Below, one piece after another: positions 46,658 to 58,692 of a stretch of 64,000 nucleotides of DNA (positions within the stretch are counted from its first letter, which is position 1; each line of letters begins with the position of its first letter). The stretch lies in the NCBI GenBank assembly GCA_973895155.1, contig OZ316897.1, forward strand, positions 5,717,327 through 5,781,326, written 5' to 3'. Position numbers and translations under genes: made by a program. The stretch comes from Marsupella aquatica (lineage: Eukaryota > Plantae > Marchantiophyta). The notes beneath the pieces are model-generated. The model did not search any database and had not been told where the DNA came from. It saw nothing but the letters and a program-made list of their open reading frames with translations.

Positions 46658-49600
46658 TCATGGCACAGGCACACTGTTGGCATCTGCATCTCTGAATTCG
46701 CCTCCTTCAGCAAATGCATCTACCCTTGTCACAGGAATGAAGTCCCCGCTATCATGAACTACAGGCACTTGGTCTGAACGCCGACGATCAAAGGCACTAT
46801 GAGAGTGTAAATGAAACTCAAGGTTTGATCCTTCCATCCGACGTTGCCTGGCCTGTTTATGACACACTACACGCCAACTTGGGGAGTCTTCCACATCCAG
46901 GAAGAAAGCTTGCTCCACCTGACTAGGAAACACAAATGGCTCAGACCATTCGGGCAATTTCCCTCTGAAATTGGCCAGCAAGAAACCGTCGTTGTCTCTC
47001 TTCATGGTAGCCCTGTTACCAAGCCAATCCTGCCGCACCCATGAACCTTTCATAAGAATCACAGGACTGGACACCGCCCCATAGTCCAGAGCCCATATGT
47101 CAACTAATTCTCCCACATATCCCATCTCCATCCAGGCCCTGTCGTGATTGTGGCTCTGTTGCTCAAATACAGTGATGAGCCCGCAGTCATTCGTCACCCT
47201 GTAGGCACTGTCACCATCCTTCACTCGGAAGTGATTCCCATATGCTCTCATCCGTTTGTAAGTCTTCATTTTCAGGCTAGGGGCATTAGACAGTAGGTAA
47301 ACATCTGCATCCATGTCTGGGTGGGTCTCGTGATGCTCTCTAATTGCCACTCTGATCCACTCCATGAAACCTGGAAAAGTTGTTCCTACAGTGGGATGGG
47401 CCGCCTTCAATGACTCATACTCCCTGAACGAACAACCACACAGCATTAGCTTGGGTAAACATGAACAGGCTGAAGGAGAAAACCACACGAACACAACATT
47501 TAAGCTCATGAACTGGATTATAGCACATGTATGCACTCACTGTATCCAGGGTTCCATCACCACAGTGTTGTGCAATACAAAGTCATGTGCCAAGTCTCTC
47601 ATAGATGTGGTCAGGTTCTTTGTGGTTGCAGCCCCTTCTAGTACTTCACCTATCACCCCTTCCTCCTCATCAGAATTCCACACCCTGGTCTTCACATGCT
47701 CATATTGTGCTATGTATTCGGTCAGAAATCCCAGAGTCTCATCCTTGATGTAACCTTTAGCCATGGTTTGTAATATGTTCTCACGTGACCTTTGAGTAGC
47801 TTCATGTACCGTTCCAAAGGGTACAACCAACAAGCACTCACAGGCCCAAATTGGTGTAGCTCTTCCACAACATGGACAAGTAGGTGGGTCATGACATCAA
47901 AAAATGCGGGAGGAAAATAAATCTCCAGGTCACACAGCACCTGAGCGACATCTTCTGTCAGTTGTGGGAAGTCTGTTTCATCCCAAACCTTCACACAAAT
48001 ACGACGAAACACATCACTGAGTTGCATGATCATAGTACGAACAGGCTTCTGCAACAGGCCCCTCAGGCATAAAGGCAACACCTGTTGCATCAACATATGG
48101 TAGTCATGGCTTTTCATACTACCAAGCTTTCTAGTCATGATATGCTTCTTGAAAGCACTACCATAGTTTGAAAGAACCTTCAAAGAACTCAACCTCTGCA
48201 CAAATAGTTCCCACTCTGTGTCTGTCAGAACATAGGGCGCTTGGTACTTCAAGAGCACATCAGCTCTGTGGGCATGTGGCCTCAACCAAAGATGGGGTTT
48301 CATTCCCCTCTGTTCAAGATCCAATCTCACTGAACCAGTGTCTTTCTCTCCACACAAGAATCTGAGTAGACTCTCACAAATATTCTTTTCAATGTGCATA
48401 ACATCAATGTTATGTTTGCTTGGCTCAAACTCCTGCATCGTTGCAATGCAAAAGCGTCAGGAAATGCCTCAAGTTTAGTCTCTCTCTTCGAAATGAATGC
48501 ACATGCTCTGAACCAAAACATGTATCCCAATTAGCATCAACTCCAAGAGGCTTACCCTCCAGTACTTGAGCTCCAAGTCCAATATGCTCAGTCTTTTTAC
48601 ACCATATCGCTTTATTGGATCACTCACTCCATCTTCCCTGCCCCCTCGTTTGATATAGTCATCCCTCAGTGCTCCCCACTGCCTGATCTCCTCTTTGGTC
48701 ACTCATGCCGGGGGTCCACGTTGCTCAATCTCATTGCCAAAGTGTGCAATCAGTGCCTGTCTTTCTCTGTAAGGGTGATCTGCCTTCAGAAAACGACGAT
48801 GGCCCATGTATATCACTTTCTGCAGGGCTCTGGAGTACTCACTGGTGACATTGCGCCCACAGATAGTACAAGCACAATATCCTTTTGTTGTTTGGCCTGA
48901 TATCATCCCATGGGCTGGGTAGTCAGCTATAGTCAGAATGACAATGGCTCTAAGGATGAATGGGTTGAACCTCCCAAGCCTCTGTAGGACATCATATGTG
49001 AGAACTCCTTCCTCCCAAAGCTTTCTCAATTCCTCCACTAGGGGAGCCAGAAACACATCTATGTTGGCAGATACAGCACTGTCTGGCCCTGGTATCAGTA
49101 GGACCATCAGAACAAAAAATCGCTTTGTAGTCATCCAAGGAGGAAGGTTATAATTCAAAATAGTTACAGGCCAGCACGAAAATTTGTTGTTCTTGTCTCC
49201 AAATGGGTTTACCCCATCCAATGACAGCCCAAGTCTGACATTCCTCGGCTCAGCAGCAAATTCGGGATACATCTCATCTATGAGTTTCCATTGCCTTGAA
49301 TCTGCAGCATGTCGTTGTAGCCCATCATCACTTTTCTTGTCAGTTGCCCAAGTCATCATCTCCGAGATGGCACGGCTTCTGAACATCCGCTGAAGTCTGG
49401 GAATGAGTGGAAAATGATGAAGTACCTTGGCGGGAACCATAGACTTTCCTGAGTTCCGATACCTGTGCTTCCCACACTTAGGGCATGTCAACGATTCTTT
49501 ATACTCCTTTCTGAAAAGAACATGCCCATCAGGACAGGCATGGATCGAATCATAGTTCAATCCAAGATTAGATATGCATCTTTTTGCCTCGTACATGTTC

Positions 49601-50404
49601 TTGGGCAAAATATTACCATCTGGTAGCACAGTTGTTCGCAAGAATGCCAACAACTCAGAAACCAAAACGTTGGGGACATTGTGGTTGCCGCAAATGTTTA
49701 GGAACATGATGACAAATCCCAGTTTAGAATATTTGCTACCGGGGTACAAAGACTTCCTGCCTTCCTGTATTTGCAGGGGGAGAGCCAAACATCCCATCAT
49801 GCCCAGGGGTTTCCTGCCCTATCTCAAACTCATCAAGAGGCTCTTCGACAGGGGGCACACTTGCATCTGCAGCCGTATCCTCTTCATTGTCCAGCCCATC
49901 ATGAAATGCATCCAAGTCTTGGAAGATGTCTCTCACCATCTCTTCCACATGAATTTCTTCGTCACGTGGTGCTGCCTGAGCACCATCCCGTTGGAGAGCT
50001 GACAACCCACAGAGACCAGCTACAACATTTTCAAATGCACCAGGCAGAACCTCACTTGCCCGTCTTGCAGCATTGGCAGCATCAAATTCTAACCTCCACT
50101 CCTCATCGGAAGAATCTTCCTCTGCAGGATCATTCCAAACTCGATGTCGTGGATCTCTTCCATGAACCGCGATATGCCGCCAAACCTCATTCAGACCCCT
50201 GGTACGGGATCCTTGGCAGATTGCACAAGGACATCTCATCCTACTGGCTCCTGAAAGTCTGGTTCGTAACCTTTCACGCTGCCAAAGCTTATTATCATGG
50301 CGTGATATCCTTGTGGGATGATGCAAAGGCAGTGCCTGTGCCCTGGGCTGGGTCTGGGGAGGGTGGTGACCAGGGTGCATTGTAACAGGCTGGGAGCTCT
50401 GCAA
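46658..50404 (-). pseudogene. CACTA Tnp2/TnpD transposase (transposase-associated, Transposase_21, DUF4218 and DUF4216 regions) with introns and lesions
   Basis: MRCPCAIC, IHACPDGHVLF, EPRNVRLGLSLDGVNPF, YNLPPW, TIADYPA, IDVMHIEKNICES, MKSHDYH, FPPAFFDVMTHL, EPFVFPSQVEQAFF. Confidence 0.93.
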
Positions 50405-50810
50405 TCATGGACAGCAGTGAACAAGGATGCCTAATGGTGGTATTTGTGTTCCATATATCCCTGACTGTATCTGCCAAAAGAGTTAACATAACGTGTACTA
50501 AATTCTCACAAACCCTAAACCACCCCAAAAGAAAAAAACAGGTTCGCAAGTAGTGTACCTATTGTCAAGTGAATGACACAAAATTCCTAAATGTTGGAGG
50601 GTGTCACCACCTCCTCCGCTGTCCTCAAATGTACCGCCTCTGCATGTACGTTTACAGTGACACCCCCAGGCAGCAGGAAACAACAATCCGCCAACAGTAA
50701 AATAAGCCCAACTGCCACCAACCATAACAAGGTACATTAGTTCAAAGATCATATTTATTTCAATGATCTGATTTATACAAAAAAACTTGTGTCCAAAATG
50801 CTACTACTCC

Positions 50811-51689
50811 TCACTCTGATTCAGAATCGCTAATGACCCATTCCTCACTTGTTGTCTCATAGTCCTCTCTGTAAGGATCCTGACCATTCCGTGGCCAGGC
50901 CTCAAAAAGATCATAGTCCATTGGGTTTTGACGCTTCCCAGCTGCTACTGATTCCACAAGCCAAGCATATGAAACCACAAACACATTATGGGACATGACA
51001 TAAAAGCGAATGTTTCCCTTCCCAAACTTGCGGCAGGCTTTGGGATATGACTTAGTAATGACATGAGTGGTGTCCTCTGTTATATTCTCCTCCACTGTCC
51101 CACCTAGGTCAAGCACTGTGGACTTGTACACTTTGCACTTAACCTCTCCAATTCCCGCCTCCACAAATACCATGCTCAGCCCTTTCAGAATGGGGGTTGG
51201 TTGCTTCGTCTCCTCAGCCAACATACTCTTCAGCCTTGTAGAGCTCTGTCCTTTGTTGAGTACAGGTCCATATTGGAGATCAGCAAGCCGTGCCTTTGCT
51301 TCCCAGACTTCTTGTTCAGCCCAAGCTAATGCAGTAGCTTCTTCATCCTCCCACAACTCATATTGCTCAGTATCCTGTACAATCTTATGTGCTATGGAAT
51401 CTGTGATCCAAGAGGCCTCAACTACTTTTAGGCCTTGCTTAGTAATTGCAGAATTCATGTAGGACCATGACCACTTCTTTATCACTGATAGCCATGTCCC
51501 TGCAACAACATGTGTAGTCTCTGGAGTGATGTCCTGAACTACAGTGCCATGGAGCTCAGAGAATCGTTTCTGTACAGTTGGCCAATGCACTTTGGTCAAC
51601 CCATGCTGGCCATGGACCAAAATCGCTCTGACCCCTGTAAACACTACTGGGTGGTCACACTTTCTACGTTTACCAGGCTCCATGTACAC
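50811..51689 (-). CDS. 292-aa protein with two BRCT domains (CACTA cargo)
   Basis: Two repeats: VFTGV...GTVVQDITPETTHVVA...VVEASWITDSI and ILKGL...LGGTVEENITEDTTHVIT...VVSYAWLVESVAAGKR; intact, intronless ORF. Confidence 0.82.
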   Translation of the reverse strand: MYMEPGKRRKCDHPVVFTGVRAILVHGQHGLTKVHWPTVQKRFSELHGTVVQDITPETTHVVAGTWLSVIKKWSWSYMNSAITKQGLKVVEASWITDSIAHKIVQDTEQYELWEDEEATALAWAEQEVWEAKARLADLQYGPVLNKGQSSTRLKSMLAEETKQPTPILKGLSMVFVEAGIGEVKCKVYKSTVLDLGGTVEENITEDTTHVITKSYPKACRKFGKGNIRFYVMSHNVFVVSYAWLVESVAAGKRQNPMDYDLFEAWPRNGQDPYREDYETTSEEWVISDSESE

Positions 51690-52275
51690 ACACCCTACGT
51701 GATGACAGTGAATTTTGGAAGAATGGGTTCACCTGACAATACAAGGACAACAAAATTCCTGCTTTTTGAGTTGATCTGGCCCACTGGTGCTCAGGTCCGA
51801 TTTTGATAGGTACAAGGGATATGTGAACAATACGTACTAGGCACCTGCACGGATGCAGGACATTGTTTGAATATATACTACAAAATCCATATCCTTGGTG
51901 AAATGAAGTGCAACCAACTTGTCATGGCACATACATATTTTGTTGTAAAGGAGGATACATTCAATGACAAACTTATAGGGCAATTTGATTAATTGCATGC
52001 CTGATAATTTATACGCTTACAACTTAGAAGTCCTGTTTTAATTTAGCAGTCTGATGAAAGTGTTTATGAAAATGACCACTCAGCCTAAATACTTCCAAGA
52101 AGGCTTGTAAGGATAAGTTTGTATAGGCATGTACCCAGCCACTGACGCCAGAGCACAAGATAAGTGCTGCCTATATAAACTCGCCTACCCAACTCCTTTT
52201 CAAAATTGGAATCTCTGCAATCTCAAAAAATAGTACATCCACATCAGGTGCACTGTGCATGTACAATGTTCAGCT

Positions 52276-52956
52276 TCACAGCCAAGATATGTGATCTCTC
52301 ACAGGAGTGCGCGAGGTAGGATCAATGGCATGGTGATGACAATAAAATATCCATCGATCAACACCATGTGCAGAGTGATCATAGATTTCTCTGTCACAAG
52401 CATAACCCTCTGCTTGATGATCTTTCAGGCAATGATAGTGCCACATAGTGGGACACCTAGCACAGTGGACTATGTCAGTCCAGTAGTCATCATCATGCTC
52501 ACCACATGCCTTGCACCTATGAAGTGGGCAAGCTGTGGCATGAGCAGGCAAAAACTCAAAATAGAAAAATCTCACACAAAAACGGTCTGGACATTTCCTA
52601 ACATTTGCTGCGGCATCAACAGAGCCCTCATAGGACCCCAACTTCCCACATTGTGCACACTTAGCCTGCTTCTCCAAACAATCAGTGCACATCCAGTCTC
52701 CCTGGTGTGTTGACGGGAGGCCCACCCCTGGACAGTTGTTTTCTGCAGCAAGGTCAGACTCCGGGTTGAGGTGGAAATGCCTCATGCAAGGGCCCTCACA
52801 AATGACCAGGCCCCCACCATCGTCACAAATGGCACAACAATGAGCTGCCTTCTGGAAAATCTGACTTGCAGAGAAGTTAGTAGCATTTGCCCCAAGTACA
52901 CCTGTGTTTCTCACCTCTGTCACATGCTTTTTGGCTTGAATTTTAGGCCGTGCCAT
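52276..52956 (-). CDS. 226-aa stand-alone EDM2/NSD-type composite PHD-finger protein (CACTA cargo)
   Basis: CAICDDGGGLVICEGPCMRHFH...CTDC...CAQCGKLGS...CPLHRCKAC...CARCPTMWHYHCL...IFYCHHHAIDPTSRTPVRDHI follows the EDM2 PHD region, including its TPVRDH end. Confidence 0.82.
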   Translation of the reverse strand: MARPKIQAKKHVTEVRNTGVLGANATNFSASQIFQKAAHCCAICDDGGGLVICEGPCMRHFHLNPESDLAAENNCPGVGLPSTHQGDWMCTDCLEKQAKCAQCGKLGSYEGSVDAAANVRKCPDRFCVRFFYFEFLPAHATACPLHRCKACGEHDDDYWTDIVHCARCPTMWHYHCLKDHQAEGYACDREIYDHSAHGVDRWIFYCHHHAIDPTSRTPVRDHISWL

Positions 52957-53657
52957 GCCTGCGCATGAGATAGACTCTACAATTTAGCAGACTGCACAGA
53001 AAATAAAATATATTTAGCATTTAAGGTACAAAGGCATTTGCTACTGCAATGAATTGGAATGGCCACACAAGGATGCAGAGCACACATACTTTTGGTATGT
53101 TGAGCCCACACACAAAACTGATCCCCTAATACAATTTCTCCACCAACACCTCAATTTTAATTGTGGCTATGATTCACCAAAGGAGATCTGCAACAACATT
53201 TCATGCATTTGAATCACATACAATAGTCGTGACATGTAAAACAGGCATTCTTCGAAGAGGATTGGTATGAAGCAGTGTCATAAGGGTTGAAATTTATACA
53301 TCCTAAATAGGTTATGATAGTGGCTGAGACAAATAAGTGAGGCATAAATCACATTTTGCATATTATCACATGGCCCATTAATTCATTCAACGTTGCAAAT
53401 GTTCACCAGGTTAAAGCAGTCATGAAAGCAGTCTTTCAATAGAGACTTTTATGCGAGTTTGCTAGCCTCTTAAATTAGGATATTTTGCTTAGTGCAGGCA
53501 TAATAGGATATAAGTTATGTACTGTTGACCCTAAACCCTAGACCCAAAATTGCTCATACATCAAAATTTTAAGTAAATATCCTCTGTGTTGAAGTCAGAG
53601 TGTTAAGCTATAGGTCAATGGTATCTGGTCTGTGCATGCGGTGTGACAAGTGGTCCT

Positions 53658-54107
53658 CTAGAGCATGTGATCCAAACATGTGTAGACACCAAAGTCACCG
53701 GTGGTGGGGTCTGGGAGGGCAGGACAAGTGACATCACCAGGCACACTGCAGGATGGCGAGTGGTTCCAGATGATACATTGTGCTCTGTGCAAAAATCGGC
53801 ATCCAAGAGAACGGTCATCCAATTCTGGGCCAGAAGCCCTACAGGCAGGACAGTCATATTGGCAACTGTGTACACACCCTTGGCACCTAATTTGTGGCGG
53901 GTCATGTACAAGAGACACAAATACCAAGGATGTCGGGAAGGGTACTGAAGCAGGTAGAGGCCGGCTGTAGTTGTTCCTGGAAACAACAGGGTACTCAAAG
54001 TACCATGCAGACTGGGCTGGAAGGATCCCAAGTCTGACATACTCAAGGCGCAACATCTCTGCCTTGCGTGCAAGTCGCACATGTTCAGCATTGCCGGTCC
54101 TCACCAT
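53658..54107 (-). CDS. 149-aa Cys/His-rich putative zinc-finger protein (CACTA cargo)
   Basis: CQGC...CPAC...CRFLHRAQC...C...C...CLDH; same strand and size class as the neighbouring cargo ORFs. Confidence 0.4.
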   Translation of the reverse strand: MVRTGNAEHVRLARKAEMLRLEYVRLGILPAQSAWYFEYPVVSRNNYSRPLPASVPFPTSLVFVSLVHDPPQIRCQGCVHSCQYDCPACRASGPELDDRSLGCRFLHRAQCIIWNHSPSCSVPGDVTCPALPDPTTGDFGVYTCLDHML

Positions 54108-54388
54108 AAGTGTTGCTTTCGTTGTGATGTCCTCTGTTCACGTCCTTTGATGAGCAAGGTGAGCAGGAGGTCGACTTGCCTCGCCAACAACAACCACCTA
54201 AACTAATCAGTTCCCACTCATTGTCTTGGTTCCAACTACAGGTCATAGTATACACATAGCATGAAACGTGCATAGTACATATTTGATTCTGAGTTTATGA
54301 GTTTCCTAAGACAAAGAGCTTGGTGATAAACCCATATTCTCGACGGACATGTATATCAATCATATTAAACTCCTGTTTTTTCATCCAG

Positions 54389-55040
54389 AAAGACCGAAAG
54401 TCTCACCTTGCAGGTTGCAGCAGAGAGAAAATTCACTGGTTGTCGTGTTGTGCAAGTGAACCTCCACTGATGCCCCGGTGTAGCCCCTCAGATGCAGGTG
54501 ACACTTACCAACTCCCAAGTTGCCTGGTCTAACAGAAAATGCTTATATCTTCAGAACTTTATAGAGCAAGTACATGATCACATACTTCTGGATCTATTCA
54601 TATTTGGAACTCTTGCCAACTACAACTCCCATTATGCACAAGCTCACATCAACAGAGAAAGATACAGAATGCATACTTACTATGGCTCTAAGCACCTTCA
54701 CTACCTTGTTGAACCCAGTCCTGAAGTCTTTTCAGCGTGTTTGTTGTGCTGTCTCCTTTGGCACCCAACACCTTAGTCCTTGATGTAACAGAATGCGATT
54801 TTACAAGTTAGATGCTTTGGAACCTTCTATGGTCTTAGCTGAATTGATGTCATCGTAAGTGGTGAAAGACAAGGAAGACGAAAGCTGGTTGAAGAGCTGT
54901 GGACAACACACTAGCATGAAGTGCTTCAACCAATCCACTGCCAAACGGAACTCTTACACAGTCACATTCTTTCAGTAAACAGAAACTCAGTCAAACTTCA
55001 TAATCAAAGTACAGACTCTAAAGGACCAAAGGAGGATGTT
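54389..55040 (+). pseudogene. Captured exons of an unidentified host gene
   Basis: AG/GT-bounded blocks at about 54389-54497, 54555-54725 (57 codons) and 54792-55040 (83 codons), separated by 57- and 66-nt introns, read as one frame with a few stops. Confidence 0.5.
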
Positions 55041-55115
55041 GTGAGTTTCTCTGTTGTTTAATGTGTTACCCTTCTAGTTTCGAAGTTAGCAAATGCTGAA
55101 TAATGTGTCTACCAG

Positions 55116-55455
55116 ATCTTCGAAAAGAAGCCCACCACAATTAAGAACTTCGGTATCTGGGTGAGGTATCAGAGTTGTACAGGTTATCCCAACATGTACA
55201 AGAAATATCGTGATACCACATTAAACAACCACACAGCAGATGTATGATGAGATGGCTTCTTGTCATAGAGTTCGGTTCCCTTGCATCCAGATCATCAAGA
55301 CTATGACAGTCCCTGTCTCTCTGTGCAAGCGAGAAAGTACCAAGCAGTTCCATGATTCAAAGATCAAGTTCCCCTTGACGTACCGCAAGATTCAACCTCC
55401 ATCGCGAAAGCTAAAGACGACTTACAAGGCCACCAAGCCCAACACATTTGTTTGA
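55116..55455 (+). pseudogene. RPL18A: 60S ribosomal protein L18a (eL20) last-exon fragment captured in the CACTA
   Basis: CAG acceptor, then [20 protein letters not shown]..., a frameshift, and [21 protein letters not shown]...KIKFPL...[15 protein letters not shown]. Confidence 0.9.
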
Positions 55456-58400
55456 GTAGTGCGGGTGCAGGTTCCCAATTTTGAAACAATTTGGCTCATT
55501 TTATGTCCCGAGGGACTCCAGGAGTTTATGTATTGAGTTTCTAGGTCAAGATGCTTAATATAAGGAAATTCAATTATCACTTCGTTCCCAACTTCTATTA
55601 ATTGAATATACACAAGCTGGAAGCAAGAAGACAAGCCACAATCTAGCATCTTAGCCAAACACAATCGTCCCGACAAAGCAAAACTCAGCTGGACAGAAGT
55701 CACTCGGATCCACAAAAAATTGAAGATTCACCTCCAAGCCGGAGGCCGATCACTTCAGTACAGCAGCTTCTGGACGGAACAAACTCTGCTCAGCCCCACA
55801 GAAACACAAATGTTAAGGCTCCAAGTCAGAGCTCACAAACAGAAACTCAGATAAATAACATTCAAAATCTGTCCAGGTTTGTGCAAAGTGTACATATTCA
55901 TTCTTCTGGAATGAACACGCAATGCATACATCGCCTAGACACAGTCATTATAAATCATTGGGCAATTGGGGACCACTAAGCAGGTGTGTTCCTATTTCGA
56001 GGCTACAGGAAAGGATAGTGACACCAAACTGAAGAGTACACCAAAAGAAAAACAGCAAGAACCAAAGTCAATCATGTGTGGATAAATTGCACATGGGAAG
56101 TTCCCCTGAAGAAGCACCAGTTGCTAACATTGTCACCCGAACCACACCCAGTTTATTACCTCAATGTCTTCAGCCTCAATATCCAATCCTCAGCCCCCTG
56201 GTGCTTCCGTGTTTGTTCTGAAAATTTCTGTGATGAAATAATTATTCAATACATTCAATAGCAAAGAGAACTCAATCACAAAAGAAAAATAGTTAGTGTG
56301 AATGCTAATTTCTCAACACTTAACTAAATTCAAACCACCAATTCAAGTAGTAAGTTTCAAAAACTTGCCTTTACATGAAGAGAAACCAATTGGCCATGCA
56401 TGTTACTAAAGCAATAAACAAATAATTAGGCTCAACCTCGGGCTCAACACACAGGCAAACTACTCGAAACATGCTGCTGAGAAGTAGCATTTTTTGAATG
56501 TCAGACTATGTGTAAGTGCCATGATCGTGCTCCTACGTTTCACAAGGAGGGCTGGCCCGAAAGGGAGAAGCAACAATGTGGAGTCTATACACGTAGCACA
56601 AATCCCAGTTTAGAAGGGTGGATGAAGTTCAGACAAGAGTTCAGAACTTGCCATTTGAGATTGCCAATCTGAACTTCACATTCAGACAGGACTTCATCCA
56701 GTTCAGGAGTTCAGATAGGAGTTCAGACAATCTGAAGAGGACTTTGGACTTGAATGAGGGACAGCGTGGCCATATAGCGTGGCCTTCAGCTGCGTGTCTC
56801 AGGCTGAATTTCACTTTCCAGTTTCGAGAGTTCTGAAGGTCTAGTTTTAGTAACTTCCTCCTGACTCGACTTGGGAGCATTCTCCCTATTTGCTAGCTTG
56901 TAGTTAGCTTTGACTCCTGTGAGCTTAGTTGACGACCCTCTTGGGATATTAACAATTAGAACAAACACAAGTTGTCAAGACAGATTCCACCGGAGCAAAA
57001 AGTCCAAAATCAGGTGGAAGAAAACCTAAGGAAAGTCCATAAGAACGAAAGTAGGAAGGCAGGTGCACGGGCCACCGAGAAAAGTAAAGGATGCATGTGA
57101 TTAGTGGGGAGGGATCCTAGCAAAAACAGGGGAAAGCAAGGGAACTTGCTGCTAAAATCAGCTGAACGATTGCACGGTTCCTATAAATTTAGTGGACCTT
57201 AAGGCCGTCTGTTCACCCCCCCACCCCATTGCCAGAGCACGGGGCACAAGGCATGTTCTGATACAGGGAGGAGCAAAACAGTCATGTCAAGCAAGAAGTG
57301 TGGAGAGACCAATCAGTAAGCAAAAATAGGGGAGAACAGACATACATCAGCAGCAGCAGGAAACAAGAAAGATGACACTCTGTTCCATCTTAGAGTCGGG
57401 GACACTACTGCAACACCGGGACTGGAGATAGCATCCAGCAGGCCGGCGACCCATGCCAAAAGGGCAGAGCAGCAATCCGCCATGTAGCGATAGGCGAGAG
57501 CAGCGATTACGACGATGAAAGATGGTCGAAGCTGAAGCAAAACCCCTAAAGATGCGGCTTGGCCATACTCTCCTTCCTCACCTCATAGCGCTAGGCATTC
57601 AACCTCCCTCTTCAATGAACTCACAGCAGCTTGAAGGTCGATAGATTTTACCTTGTCTCCTGAGCAGAAACGTCTGCATTAGCTGAACAGAGCCCGGAAT
57701 AGAGCTATCGCATTTAGCCTCCCGACTCCAAAATCGAACGCAACACAACCTCCAACTCCCAATGGCAGCTCAATAGGTTGATCAGCTCGGTCAATGCAGG
57801 TCAGTCGACCTCAATAGCCACACTAGAAGCTCACCGCAAGTCACTCAAAGGTTAGACTAGAAGCTCCGCCGCCTTCACACCGTAGCAAAAAACAATGAGA
57901 CCAATATCGAGCAAGGCGACCCTGTTTGAATATTTGGCGACCATCAGGCTCCACCCCTCCTTTCTCGCTACCGTTCCCCCATGTGATGGTTAAGCTTCTC
58001 AGGACACAATCAATCGCACAAATGTAGCTTAAAGCAGGACCTCACTAAGCAGACTATCGGTTAGGACCTTATAGACATAGAGATAGATAGGTCAATGCAA
58101 CCTTACTTAGGCCGATGCAGCATGTCTCTTGACAATGTGAAGCAGCGCAGCATTCCTCCACCTAGCTCGCAGTGATCCTCCGCCTTGCTTGCAGTAACCA
58201 GCCTCCGCCTAGCTAGTTTGCACTGTCACGGCTGCAACTTTTTGTGCAACGACTTGGCCCTCCTACCAACTACGAGCTCCCAAAAGTATGTCGAGCAGAT
58301 GTACACTCAGGCACCACCTCGTAGAGCTCAACTCCAAGTCGGCAGCTCTCACTTGAAACTCAATAGCAGCTTAGCTCACCAGCAGGTTGAAAAGCGACAA

Positions 58401-58572
58401 TGGACTCCCCTCAAAACTGATTGGCAGACCTCCACACTGACGCTCGTAGCAGGCCCAATCCTAAACACATTTTCACCCTAAAGTCCAGTCGCGCTCAAAA
58501 ACTTTCAAACGACCCTGCAGGAAGTTCGCGAAGAGTGCAGCTGGAATGAAGGTCGTCGACTCCCAATTTCCC

Positions 58573-58692
58573 TCGCAAAACCAACCTCTGCGGCACACTG
58601 ACCCTGAACACTTAGGGCAAGTAGTACCCCCAAAATCTCTCGCAAAACCAACCTCCAAGGTACACTGACCCTGAGGGAAAGTAGTACCCCTC
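58573..58692. repeat. Imperfect tandem duplication (2 units of about 60-67 bp) inside the CACTA
   Basis: tcgcaaaaccaacctc...acactgaccctga...aagtagtacccc occurs twice. Confidence 0.7.
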
